From contig JBDRPO010000022.1 in the NCBI GenBank assembly GCA_043827085.1, positions 4,481 to 68,480 on the forward strand: a stretch of DNA of 64,000 nt, read 5' to 3'. Position 1 is the first letter of the stretch. Every line of letters begins with the position of its first letter. The DNA is from a bacterium. GTDB lineage: Bacteria > Patescibacteriota > Microgenomatia > UBA1400 > UBA12108. The notes beneath the pieces were generated by a model that was not told where the DNA came from, ran no database searches, and saw nothing but the letters and a program-made list of their open reading frames with translations. The position numbers were made by a program, and so were the translations under genes. Positions 38,402 to 48,099 of the stretch are shown here, piece by piece.

Positions 38402-39516
38402 GGATTGGGATCGACCTCTCGATGTTAGTCTATCAGGGCAGTGGGGTCGCAACCTATACCTTTAACGCCGCCAAGACACTTCTCAAATATGATCATAAAA
38501 ATGATTACGTCTTTTTCTACGCCTCACTCCGCCGCCCAGCCCACTTTACCTACCTTGCTGACCTGAAAAAATTGGGAGCAAAAATAGTCGAAGTTCCGAT
38601 CCCGAGTCGCCTCTTGCGGCTTATCTGGAATCGCCTACACATCTTGCCCGTTGAATGGTTTATCGGCAAAGTTGATGTTTTCTTCTCCTCCGATTACCTG
38701 CGCCCACCGCTCTTTCCTGGAACCAAGGGCATTACAACCGTCCATGACATGATTTGGCACAAGTTCCCTCAGTTTCATACTGGTGACATTATCGCTTCTC
38801 ATGCACGCAAAATGGCCAAACTCATTCGCTTTGGCGACACTATCCTTGTAGACTCCCAGAGTTCAGCTATCGACTTAACTACAATTTATCCCCAGATTCC
38901 TTCATCTCGTGTTCACGTCGTCTATCCCGGAGTAGATGATCGTTTTGCTCCGCAATCCCCTGCAACTATAAAAAAAGTCCTTACCAAATATTCCCTCCCT
39001 CAGGATCCCTACCTCATCTACATCGGTGCGATCGAACCGCGGAAAAATCTTGATCTTTCGATCCGTGTATTTGCCGATCTCATCAAACTCAAACCATACG
39101 GAAACTATAACTTCATTATTGCCGGTCGCGCTGGTTGGAAAAATGAGCACATCCACAAGCTTGTATATGATCTCAAACTAACTTCTCGCGTTCTCTTCCC
39201 GGGATTCGTGGAAGAAGGGGATATTCCCGCGCTCTATTCAGGCGCCAAAGCTTGTATGTATCTCTCAGCCTACGAAGGTTTTGGCTTACCCCCACTTGAG
39301 GCTGCGGGGTCCGGCACTCCCACCCTACTCTACAATAATTCATCACTCAAAGAGCTGTTCCCTTCTTCTTACCCATACGCCAAGGAGGGAAATGAGCTTA
39401 TGACTCTAATCCAACTTATCCAGTCCGGGCGGAAACTTCCCTTCACCCAATATGTCACCAAATTTTCGTGGCAGCATTTTACCCTGGAGTTTGATAAAAT
39501 AGCTACATCACTATGA
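38398..39516 (+). CDS. GT4 glycosyltransferase (MtfB-like)
   Basis: GVxTY, TVHD, IEPRKN, GW, YEGFGLPPLEA and FSW motifs. Confidence 0.9.
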   Translation: MRIGIDLSMLVYQGSGVATYTFNAAKTLLKYDHKNDYVFFYASLRRPAHFTYLADLKKLGAKIVEVPIPSRLLRLIWNRLHILPVEWFIGKVDVFFSSDYLRPPLFPGTKGITTVHDMIWHKFPQFHTGDIIASHARKMAKLIRFGDTILVDSQSSAIDLTTIYPQIPSSRVHVVYPGVDDRFAPQSPATIKKVLTKYSLPQDPYLIYIGAIEPRKNLDLSIRVFADLIKLKPYGNYNFIIAGRAGWKNEHIHKLVYDLKLTSRVLFPGFVEEGDIPALYSGAKACMYLSAYEGFGLPPLEAAGSGTPTLLYNNSSLKELFPSSYPYAKEGNELMTLIQLIQSGRKLPFTQYVTKFSWQHFTLEFDKIATSL

Positions 39517-40859
39517 AAACTAAAACAGAAAACTGGAATATTGCCTTTGAGATTTCGCCCATACTGGCAGCTTCCGGTTCGTTTGGTGACAAATCTGGGG
39601 TCTATCGTATTAATTACAATTTAATCAAGTATTTAAGTAATTATTTTCAAGATCAAAATCTCCCTCACCAAATTTACCTTTATACCATTAACCCTCCCCT
39701 ACTTTTTAACATGAACATCGATCTTTACGAGCTCTTAAAAAGAGACAATATTCACCTGCTCAAGCTTCCCAACCTCACCAGTCGTTATCTTCACGAATAT
39801 CCAATTTTCAACCACATAGGCATTCGTTTTATCGCTAAGCTTGTGAATAAACTAATCTACAAGAAAATCCTCGAAAAAACTCTCTTTCAGCGCTACCTTA
39901 ATTCGCTCGCTGAAATCTTGCGCACAAATCATGTGGAAGTCGTTCATCACTCCGAAAGTGGTTTCGTTGATTTACAAGGTTTTGCTAACGTGATCCACAT
40001 CAACGATCTTGTCCCCATCAAGTTTCCTTTTTGGCAGCGCAAACTCACTGTCGATATCCACAAACGCAAACTTAGTTTTACCGAAAGCTCGGCACAGGGG
40101 GTAATTTGCATCAGCGAAAGTACCAAACAAGATCTACTAGGATATCTTCCCCGCTTGGCTCAATCAGATCGCCTCGTTAAAGTCATCTTCCCCGGCGCCG
40201 ATAATCACCAAGACACTATCAACATAAAATTGTCCTCGCTCAACCATATTATCGAGAAAAAGGGATATTCTGCGCTCAAAAAAGATAGATATTTCCTTTA
40301 TTTCGGCACGGTCGAGCCCCGCAAAAACATTTCGCTACTAGTAACGGTGTTTAATCACTTATTGACTAGTAAGACTTTTACTGACTTTAAACTTATATTA
40401 GTCGGTGGACGTGGTTGGGGTAAAACTTATGATGATCTACAACGTTTTATCGTTGAAAATTATCCAATCCCCTCAGAAAGCCCCATTATCTTTTTAGATT
40501 TTCTTAGTGACGACTATCTCGCTTGTTTAATCAAAAACGCCCGCGCGGTTGTCTACCCGTCGCTTTATGAGGGGTTTGGGTTACCTGTGGCCGAAAGTAT
40601 GAGACTCGGAACACCCGTCATTACCTCCAATGTATCATCTCTTCCCGAAGTGGCTGACGGTGCCTGCCTAACCGTTGATCCCCTAAATCCAGAAGCACTC
40701 GAATCAGCAATGATCAGACTCTATCAAGAAGATGCTCTGCGTTCTTCCCTTTCACGCAAGGGTCTTAAACAAGCCGCCAAATTTACTTGGGAAAATTGCG
40801 CCAAAGAAACCTATCAATTCTATGTTAGTTTGCTCCATCATTTAGGAGCCAATAAATGA
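39513..40859 (+). CDS. GT4 glycosyltransferase
   Basis: SGVYR, GTVEPRKN, YPSLYEGFGLPVAESM, SSLPEV and FTW motifs. Tandem paralog of the next gene. Confidence 0.9.
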   Translation: MKTKTENWNIAFEISPILAASGSFGDKSGVYRINYNLIKYLSNYFQDQNLPHQIYLYTINPPLLFNMNIDLYELLKRDNIHLLKLPNLTSRYLHEYPIFNHIGIRFIAKLVNKLIYKKILEKTLFQRYLNSLAEILRTNHVEVVHHSESGFVDLQGFANVIHINDLVPIKFPFWQRKLTVDIHKRKLSFTESSAQGVICISESTKQDLLGYLPRLAQSDRLVKVIFPGADNHQDTINIKLSSLNHIIEKKGYSALKKDRYFLYFGTVEPRKNISLLVTVFNHLLTSKTFTDFKLILVGGRGWGKTYDDLQRFIVENYPIPSESPIIFLDFLSDDYLACLIKNARAVVYPSLYEGFGLPVAESMRLGTPVITSNVSSLPEVADGACLTVDPLNPEALESAMIRLYQEDALRSSLSRKGLKQAAKFTWENCAKETYQFYVSLLHHLGANK

Positions 40860-42202
40860 AGAAGGTTTGGAATATTGCTTTCGAGATCTCTCCGATTCTG
40901 GCTGCCTCCGGCTCCTTCGGTGATCGCTCAGGTGTTTATCGGATCAACTACAACCTGATCAAATATCTCAGCGAATACTTTGTAGCCGAGAAATTACCTC
41001 ACCAAATCTATGTATATACGTTAAATCCTGCGCTCAACTACAATATCGGTCTCGACCTCAATGCCTTACTGGGTAAAAGCAACATTCACTTTCTCAAAAT
41101 TCCTTATCCTCACGGCAAGTATCTGCAAGAGTATCAGATTTTTGACCACGCCGGTATTCGTTTTATCATCAAGTGGATTGATCAAGTAATCTGGCGACCG
41201 ATTATCGAAAACGTAGTGTTCGCCCGTTATCTTTATCTAATCTCTCAGGAGTTTAAAGCCAAGCAAGTCAAGGTAGTCCATCATTCCGAAAGTGGATTTG
41301 CTTATATCAAAAACGTTTTAAACATTATTCACATCCATGACATGGTTCCCTTTATGTTTCCTTTTTGGCAGCGACCAGTTACGATTGATATTCACCGCCG
41401 CAAAATCAAATTTGCCACCAAAAAGTGTAACGCCGTTATTTGCATCAGCAAACACACCGTCAAAGATTTTGTGGAATACGCCAAGCAATATAAGCTCCCC
41501 TGTCCTCCTCACCGCGTTATATATCTAGGACCGGAACAATTTCCACCTGGTGACAAAAATAATATTAGTGACATCAACAATTCGCTCCGTGCCAGTGGTC
41601 GTAGAATTATTCTCCCCAAAAAGTATTTTCTTTTCTTCGGGACCATCGAACCAAGGAAAAACACTACAATGCTCATCTCAGTTTTTGACAAGCTCAAAAA
41701 AGCTGGCAAACTGGCTCAGTTCGATCTAGTTTTAGTCGGCGGCAAAGGTTGGGGTAAAGTTTATGACAACACCAAAGATTATCTCCAAGAAAACTATCCC
41801 AAATCTATTGCTAGTCCCATTATTTTACTTGACTTCTTGAGCGATGAATATTTACACACGTTAATCACCAATAGTTATGCTGTCGTGTACCCTTCATTTT
41901 ACGAGGGTTTCGGTCTACCGGTCTTAGAAAGCATGCAATACGGTATCCCCGTGATTACCTCTAACAACTCTTCGATCCCTGAAGTAGGAGAGGACGCGTG
42001 TCTCTACATCGACCCCACCAGCCCAGACTCGCTCGAAGGTGCCTTACTTACTCTAGCTTCTTCACCCAAGCTTCACAAGCAACTTGCACTAGCCAGCAAA
42101 CGTCAAGCTGCCAAGTTTAATTGGCAATATACAGCTTTCCAGACTTATCAGTATTATTGTGAACTTCTCAAACCCAAACCTACTTCAAGTATATTTCACT
42201 AA
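40856..42202 (+). CDS. GT4 glycosyltransferase
   Basis: Shares WNIAFEISPILAASGSFGD, HHSESGF, EPRKN and YEGFGLPV with 39513..40859. Confidence 0.9.
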   Translation: MKKVWNIAFEISPILAASGSFGDRSGVYRINYNLIKYLSEYFVAEKLPHQIYVYTLNPALNYNIGLDLNALLGKSNIHFLKIPYPHGKYLQEYQIFDHAGIRFIIKWIDQVIWRPIIENVVFARYLYLISQEFKAKQVKVVHHSESGFAYIKNVLNIIHIHDMVPFMFPFWQRPVTIDIHRRKIKFATKKCNAVICISKHTVKDFVEYAKQYKLPCPPHRVIYLGPEQFPPGDKNNISDINNSLRASGRRIILPKKYFLFFGTIEPRKNTTMLISVFDKLKKAGKLAQFDLVLVGGKGWGKVYDNTKDYLQENYPKSIASPIILLDFLSDEYLHTLITNSYAVVYPSFYEGFGLPVLESMQYGIPVITSNNSSIPEVGEDACLYIDPTSPDSLEGALLTLASSPKLHKQLALASKRQAAKFNWQYTAFQTYQYYCELLKPKPTSSIFH

Positions 42203-44405
42203 ATTGTGCCGACAACAAGTTGCTATCTGTGCTAGTCGGATCCACCACCTTAGGCTGCCAAGAATCTGCTGCTATGATATGTATGGTATTTATCCCTGTC
42301 TTAAGCATTGTTCGTGGCACCAACAACTGATTATCTTTCCTAGTTGTCTCCAAATTCACGCTCCCAAGAAATTCGCGGTTCAGATATATCTTAATTAGCT
42401 GAGTTTTATGGTAACTTGCTCCCTCCAAATGGAGAGTCATCTCTTTTTTATCAGCTACTTTTAGTAGAATCTGTGCCGTTGAATTCATCCAGCGGAATCC
42501 CTGGTCACGTCCATACCAATTTCCCGCGATCTGTAGTTCGTCCCCCGGCTCTCCTATTTTTACCGACAGATACTCCTGATCAGTTGGTTCTCTTGACCAC
42601 AGCTCCGCCACAGACTCCTCCTTTATTTTTTTGTATCCCAGTTTAGGTAGTTCTGTCACAATCTGCGTGTACCCTGGCGTGGTGGGGTATAAGATAATAT
42701 ATTTGATATCCAAAAAATCTACCGCTCGCCTAGCCTCATTTTCATTTAATTCCTGCCATTTACTTAAATCAGTCCGGTCCAGTCCTCCATTATTTACTAC
42801 TTGCGGATCGATCATCCTCCCTACGTAGCCGAGCCACGCATTCTGTTGATAGTAAGCAAATTTATAACTGGGTACCCTCCCACTATAGCCAGCCAACATC
42901 GGCTTACCATGAATTAGCTGCCCAGCAATGAAATTTAGCCCTTCAGTATTACCAAAATAAATAAAACCATCTCGCATTGCGCTCGGGATCTCCTGTACCA
43001 CCCCACCACCAGGATCTTTTTTGATAAACTCGTATATTTGATAAGGTAAAGGAGTAGGGGTGGCCAAAGAGTACTTGATTGAATGATCTAGTATCAAGAC
43101 TGCTAGTAATCCCACAAAGACGAGCGCCTTACCTTCTTTTGTCAGTCGCTTTCCCCATGACTGCCAAAGATAACCAATCACAATATACGAAACAAATATG
43201 TACCCAATCGCCAGTCTCCCTGGACTACGAATATTGCCCATAAAGGGTAAGTAGTGAAATAACGCAAAGGGGAGGGGAACCACCAGCTTTATTCCCTCTT
43301 GGAGTTCCTTCGTCCATCTGCCAGCCACGTGGAGGAACGGCCCTAGGGTGAGACTCCACAGCCAAAACCCAGCAAACAACCATGGCGCTACCTGCTGCTT
43401 TGCCTTTCCGAAGTTCTTCTTTCTGATTATGAGATATCCAAAGATTCCCAGAGTGACCAGGATCATGATTCCAGGATAGGTATAGTTTTCAAAAATACCC
43501 TTAGCAAATGCCCAGTGCTGATCTGTCCAAACTGCTATCCCCCGTAAATATCGACTGTAATAGCTAGGGATAAACATCCCAAACAGATCCGTCGAAAATT
43601 GCAGCGCTCCCGCCCAGCCCTCAGTTTTGGGTAAGCCGCTAAACAAAGTCACTTGTCTCAAAGTCACGAGCCATTGGGCAATCATGGCGACAATTGCTAC
43701 TCCTCCCACCACAATCATCCGCCAACTATTCTTAACTACCTCAACCACTTCATCGCGCCGGCAACACCCATAGAATCCACCCAAGAGTCCAGCCGACAGC
43801 AGCAAAGTCACAAAATAGTACAAATTATGGTACAGCGCCATAGCCAGGAAAAAGGCTGTCCCGAGTGCTCCCAACACTCGCTTTCCCAATTTTCCCCTTC
43901 CCGTCATCGTGAGTGCTGAGAGGTAAAACCACGGGAAAACATAGATCGACATATAGGTCAAATGCCCCATCCGGGGCAATAGAAATGTCGTATACGCAAA
44001 CGCCAGTCCCAAAATACCCGCAATACCCACGCCAATTTTCAACTTTCTCAGGAGTAAGTACATCCCCACACTAGCCGCGTAGATGGACAAAGCTACGGTG
44101 ATCGACATGGCTTGGTGCGTTGATAGCCATGGACGTAAGGCAATAAAATACAAAGCGTTGCCGGAATCAGTCGACGCAAACTCTGTCCCAAACGGATAAA
44201 AAGCGCTGCTCCTCCACGCGAAAGGATTTTTCCCAGCCACAATATTTTGGTATGCCTGCTCGATCCCCCACTCAGTGGCAAGTACTTCCCCGTACCTGGC
44301 TTCCACAGTCGAAGTATCAAATTTAAGTTCATGCCAAAATGATTTGTAGTACCACAAGTTCACTATCAAATATATGAGTAACACTATCCAGGTTGATTTT
44401 TTCAT
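42180..44405 (-). CDS. Polytopic YfhO/GT-C-like membrane protein with a C-terminal extracellular beta-rich domain
   Basis: NPF..FYP, GH, R.PGR, EIP..RDGF, QLIHGK..GY..R motifs. The C-terminus has a GNW...FRW...G.N pattern. Paralog of the gene at 44405. Confidence 0.65.
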   Translation of the reverse strand: MKKSTWIVLLIYLIVNLWYYKSFWHELKFDTSTVEARYGEVLATEWGIEQAYQNIVAGKNPFAWRSSAFYPFGTEFASTDSGNALYFIALRPWLSTHQAMSITVALSIYAASVGMYLLLRKLKIGVGIAGILGLAFAYTTFLLPRMGHLTYMSIYVFPWFYLSALTMTGRGKLGKRVLGALGTAFFLAMALYHNLYYFVTLLLSAGLLGGFYGCCRRDEVVEVVKNSWRMIVVGGVAIVAMIAQWLVTLRQVTLFSGLPKTEGWAGALQFSTDLFGMFIPSYYSRYLRGIAVWTDQHWAFAKGIFENYTYPGIMILVTLGIFGYLIIRKKNFGKAKQQVAPWLFAGFWLWSLTLGPFLHVAGRWTKELQEGIKLVVPLPFALFHYLPFMGNIRSPGRLAIGYIFVSYIVIGYLWQSWGKRLTKEGKALVFVGLLAVLILDHSIKYSLATPTPLPYQIYEFIKKDPGGGVVQEIPSAMRDGFIYFGNTEGLNFIAGQLIHGKPMLAGYSGRVPSYKFAYYQQNAWLGYVGRMIDPQVVNNGGLDRTDLSKWQELNENEARRAVDFLDIKYIILYPTTPGYTQIVTELPKLGYKKIKEESVAELWSREPTDQEYLSVKIGEPGDELQIAGNWYGRDQGFRWMNSTAQILLKVADKKEMTLHLEGASYHKTQLIKIYLNREFLGSVNLETTRKDNQLLVPRTMLKTGINTIHIIAADSWQPKVVDPTSTDSNLLSAQFSEIYLK

Positions 44406-46036
44406 TATTCACGCCTCCACCAGGAATATCCTTGTACTTGTCTCACTTCTTCTGCTCCCACCTCATTTAACATATTCTCTATTTGCTGGGTATATGGTTC
44501 GTTTCGCTTCACTATCACATCAGTAATATTTAACAAATCGAGTTCACTCTTTACTGTTTGAGTCGTCCCTGCATACTCTGTCACGACCGGCTCTTTGGGT
44601 AGCTCAGTAAACCGATTGTAGTTGCCGTGATCGGTAATTTTTAGGATGTGAGATATCCAGCTTAGTTTATCGTAGTAATCAAATACTTGTGTATCCACCC
44701 GCGCCAAATACCCTCCCATGATGCTGCGGTGATGTATGAGCTGTCCGTACATCGGGTTTAGTCCGTATATGAAACCACGATACTCAAAACCATCACGCAG
44801 GGCAAACGGGATCTCCATCACGACTCCACCCTCAGTACGCCCAAGAGTTTCATATATCTCCATCGGCATCTCATCCGCTGCTCTGTAGGGGATACTATAG
44901 TGTTGCGTAAGCAAAAATATCACACCCAAGCCAACCACGATCCACTTCTTTGTTTTCGTTAAAAGTGTCGCGACAGCTATACATGCAAAAAATATCATTG
45001 CAGGGATAAATCTATCTGGTGCGCGCAAACTCTCTAGTCCTGGTAGGCTCCTAAGTAATAAAAAGGGTAGAGGAAAAAACACCTCCACTCCGTCCAGGTT
45101 AATATGCCATCTCCCCAATACTTTCAAAAAAGGCCCCATGGTCAAAATCGCAAACCACATACTACTGATCATTGCCACGCCGATTTTCTTGTACTTTATA
45201 AGCACATAGCCCAAGAGGAGTAGTAATACTACCCCCCAAGTTTTGGGCGAGGCAAGCTCTACCAAATCTTTCGCTAGCTGGACTGCTCCCCCATACCCAA
45301 ACACTCTAGTCGTCTCTCGCCTCATCAACTCATCTCTTACACTCACAAGCCATGGGCTCAGTACTACCACCATTGCTGTCAAGCCAGCCAACATCTGGCG
45401 ATAGTTTACTTTTATATACGCATAACCAAAGAATGCGCCATAAATTACTCCCGCCATCATTATGCTTACGCCATAATAAAAATTCCCGTACCAAAATAGG
45501 GCCGCCACTATCCCAGCTCCCACCCAGTTATTTTTATAAATCAATAAATAAATCCACGGAAAAAGATAAAGACAGAGGTAAGTATAGTGCCCCCGTACTT
45601 CCCCACTTACATAAGGCATGTATGTATACACGAGCGCTAAAAGTATGGCGAGTTCACTTTTCTTGACCAGTGTACTAAGCAGTAAATACATCGCTAGACT
45701 AGAGAGAAAAAGTGAAAGTAGCACCGCTCCCATCATAGCTTGGTGTATCCCTAGCCACGGACGAAACACGGCGTAGGGAACTACCAGCAACATCCCAGGA
45801 TCATTTAATGCGATCTTAGTTTCAAACGGGTAAAACAATTTTGTCGTTGGCGCAAATGGATTCTGACCATGGATGATCTTTTGGTAACCAGTCTCTACGA
45901 TCCACTCAGTGATCCGTCCATCAGTCGTAGATAGATTATTACCAGGCGCATTACTCACTAGCTCTTTAACAAATCTCCAGTTAAAGAAGATATTGATACC
46001 AAGCAACACCAAAACCATCCACCAAACTCTTTTCAT
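44405..46036 (-). CDS. Polytopic YfhO/GT-C-like membrane protein
   Basis: NPF..FYP, GH, GPFL, RAPDRF, EIP..RDGF and QLIH..GY..R motifs. TATAAT lies 6 nt before the ATG. Confidence 0.65.
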   Translation of the reverse strand: MKRVWWMVLVLLGINIFFNWRFVKELVSNAPGNNLSTTDGRITEWIVETGYQKIIHGQNPFAPTTKLFYPFETKIALNDPGMLLVVPYAVFRPWLGIHQAMMGAVLLSLFLSSLAMYLLLSTLVKKSELAILLALVYTYMPYVSGEVRGHYTYLCLYLFPWIYLLIYKNNWVGAGIVAALFWYGNFYYGVSIMMAGVIYGAFFGYAYIKVNYRQMLAGLTAMVVVLSPWLVSVRDELMRRETTRVFGYGGAVQLAKDLVELASPKTWGVVLLLLLGYVLIKYKKIGVAMISSMWFAILTMGPFLKVLGRWHINLDGVEVFFPLPFLLLRSLPGLESLRAPDRFIPAMIFFACIAVATLLTKTKKWIVVGLGVIFLLTQHYSIPYRAADEMPMEIYETLGRTEGGVVMEIPFALRDGFEYRGFIYGLNPMYGQLIHHRSIMGGYLARVDTQVFDYYDKLSWISHILKITDHGNYNRFTELPKEPVVTEYAGTTQTVKSELDLLNITDVIVKRNEPYTQQIENMLNEVGAEEVRQVQGYSWWRRE

Positions 46037-46079
46037 GACTCTATTATAGCTTAAGACTCATGCTACAATTTACTTTGAT

Positions 46080-46217
46080 ATGTTGAAATCTTGGCTGATC
46101 TTTACTCTGGTAATGCTTGTCGCTTTCAGTCTTATCTACCGTGTTAATACCCATTGGGACCGTGTAAGAATAGTCCCGACCAGCATGTTTGCTCAGGAGT
46201 CACCTATTCCCCACTAA
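46080..46217 (+). CDS. Putative 45-aa single-TM small protein (below the ORF track cutoff)
   Basis: MLKSWLIFTLVMLVAFSLIYRVNTHWDRVRIVPTSMFAQESPIPH*. An extended -10, TGCTACAAT, lies at 46061-46069. Confidence 0.45.
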   Translation: MLKSWLIFTLVMLVAFSLIYRVNTHWDRVRIVPTSMFAQESPIPH

Positions 46218-48099
46218 TTCTCTTGTACACAAACATCATCGGAGACTCCTCCACAAATTCAAATTTATCTCTCACTTGATCATAAATAGTGATGAGTGTA
46301 TGTTCGCCGATATTTGGTGTGTTTCTATACTCCTCAGCTTGGCGCAGCACCCTTTTGTCCACAAACAAGTATTTAGGCTCCCTGCGGTATAGCTCGATCA
46401 CATCTTTTAGTTCCTGTTTGGTGTAGAGCGTAGCATGTAGATAGTAGTAGTCAGCTAGATTTACTCGCTCGGCCTGCATTAAAAGCACATGGTCAAAGTA
46501 GCCGATGATAGCCACCCGCTCCTTGTTGGGGGTATATTTTTTGATCGCGTCCGCGCTCTCCATGAGCTCTGTGATAGGTATAGTAGGTACCGCTGTGTTT
46601 TCGACCGCTATCAACCTATTCTTTGGCGGGTAATTAAAGTTGGGGTCATACTTCATTAGTCGAAAGTCACTTAGTCGGTGTTTTTCTAGCTTTACTCCCC
46701 ACTGCACAAATTTAGTAAGGGGAAGTGCAAAAATTGCGATCGAGATCAAAACTACGAGCTGTTTGCCATAAGACCGCGTCCACACCGCGCGCACCAAATA
46801 CTGATATAAATAAATCAAAATTATGATCGCTGGGATGCTGACCGCCGCCAAGTCACTTAAGTTTTGCTTGCCCAGATAGTAGCGGAATATACCATAACCG
46901 TAAATAGATAACATAGTCAATACCGGCAAATCTCTTAGTGGTAGTCCTCCCTTGACGTATTTTCGCACCATGACACTCAAGATCACTATGCCGTATATCG
47001 CTATCGGCCAATACGCATACCAGGTTGTTAGTGCCAGGCCTTGACGCTGCAAAAACCCAGCGTTAAATAGTTGAGCGTAGTAATAGTATTGACTCCAGTC
47101 AGGCCATTTAGAGGCTACAATATATGTGTACAAGCTATAGATCGCCATGATAGTACCGGTGTAGCCAACAACCTGTATGCCTTGTCGCACCCCCAGCTTC
47201 CCTCTCAAGTAGGCTATGGTAAAGAGTGCTGCCCAGTAGCTCAAAATCAGTGGGATTCCCGATTCAAGGTTCCACAGTACCCCTACTGCCAGGCTTAGTT
47301 GGAGTAGTCTCCAAGCCCACTTTTTTTGTGTCCTACTCCACCACAAAAAAAGCAAAATCGCAGGCATTGCAGGCAAAAATCTCCACACACTCCCCCCTGG
47401 CCACAAAAAGAACTCCGAGGGAAACAGAGTCGGGAAGACTCCATAAAAATGCACACTAGTCGTCACGACAATCCCGAGTAACGCCAGGGTTTTCGACTTG
47501 GTCAAAACTCGCATAATCAAATACACGGCCATGTACTCGCAGACCCCCATAATCATAGAGATCAAATGCACGTTTGGATGCGAGAAGTACAGTCCAGCTT
47601 TAAAGATCCATGAAGTCAGGAAGATATTCAAAAATCCGTACTGGGCTTTGGTATCTACAAGAAGAATTTTTCCATTTAAAACATCATTGAGTGGTCCAGT
47701 AATAAAATTGAGATGATGATAGTTGTAAAAAAATTGGTAAAAAGCGTTATAACTAAAATTCACCACTAAACCAATAATTATCAAAGTAAAGAAACCTATC
47801 TCTTTCGCTCCTGGCCAGTTGATTTTGCCAGGAGTTTTTGGCCATAGTTTACGTATAGGCTCCAATTTCTCGCGCAAGATTAAATGAAAACCCCTCCACA
47901 ATCCATAAGTTACTGTGGGGATATAGAGTAGCGCTACAGGCCAAAAGTATTTATACGGAGTAAGTGTAACTGTCCGACTAGCTACCCACGGCAAAAATGT
48001 GTCGAGCGTTACTTGGTCAACTATAGGGTAAGGGTAGTTTACCGCCAAATACCAAAAACTCAGTCCCGCCAAGCTTAGTGCCACCAGAAATTTATTCAA
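46204..48099 (-). CDS. Polytopic membrane protein, putative GT-C
   Basis: NF..P...GK..L...K.QYG, R, WNL..G and YY motifs. Paralog of the genes at 58318 and 63312. Confidence 0.6.
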   Translation of the reverse strand: MNKFLVALSLAGLSFWYLAVNYPYPIVDQVTLDTFLPWVASRTVTLTPYKYFWPVALLYIPTVTYGLWRGFHLILREKLEPIRKLWPKTPGKINWPGAKEIGFFTLIIIGLVVNFSYNAFYQFFYNYHHLNFITGPLNDVLNGKILLVDTKAQYGFLNIFLTSWIFKAGLYFSHPNVHLISMIMGVCEYMAVYLIMRVLTKSKTLALLGIVVTTSVHFYGVFPTLFPSEFFLWPGGSVWRFLPAMPAILLFLWWSRTQKKWAWRLLQLSLAVGVLWNLESGIPLILSYWAALFTIAYLRGKLGVRQGIQVVGYTGTIMAIYSLYTYIVASKWPDWSQYYYYAQLFNAGFLQRQGLALTTWYAYWPIAIYGIVILSVMVRKYVKGGLPLRDLPVLTMLSIYGYGIFRYYLGKQNLSDLAAVSIPAIIILIYLYQYLVRAVWTRSYGKQLVVLISIAIFALPLTKFVQWGVKLEKHRLSDFRLMKYDPNFNYPPKNRLIAVENTAVPTIPITELMESADAIKKYTPNKERVAIIGYFDHVLLMQAERVNLADYYYLHATLYTKQELKDVIELYRREPKYLFVDKRVLRQAEEYRNTPNIGEHTLITIYDQVRDKFEFVEESPMMFVYKRISGE

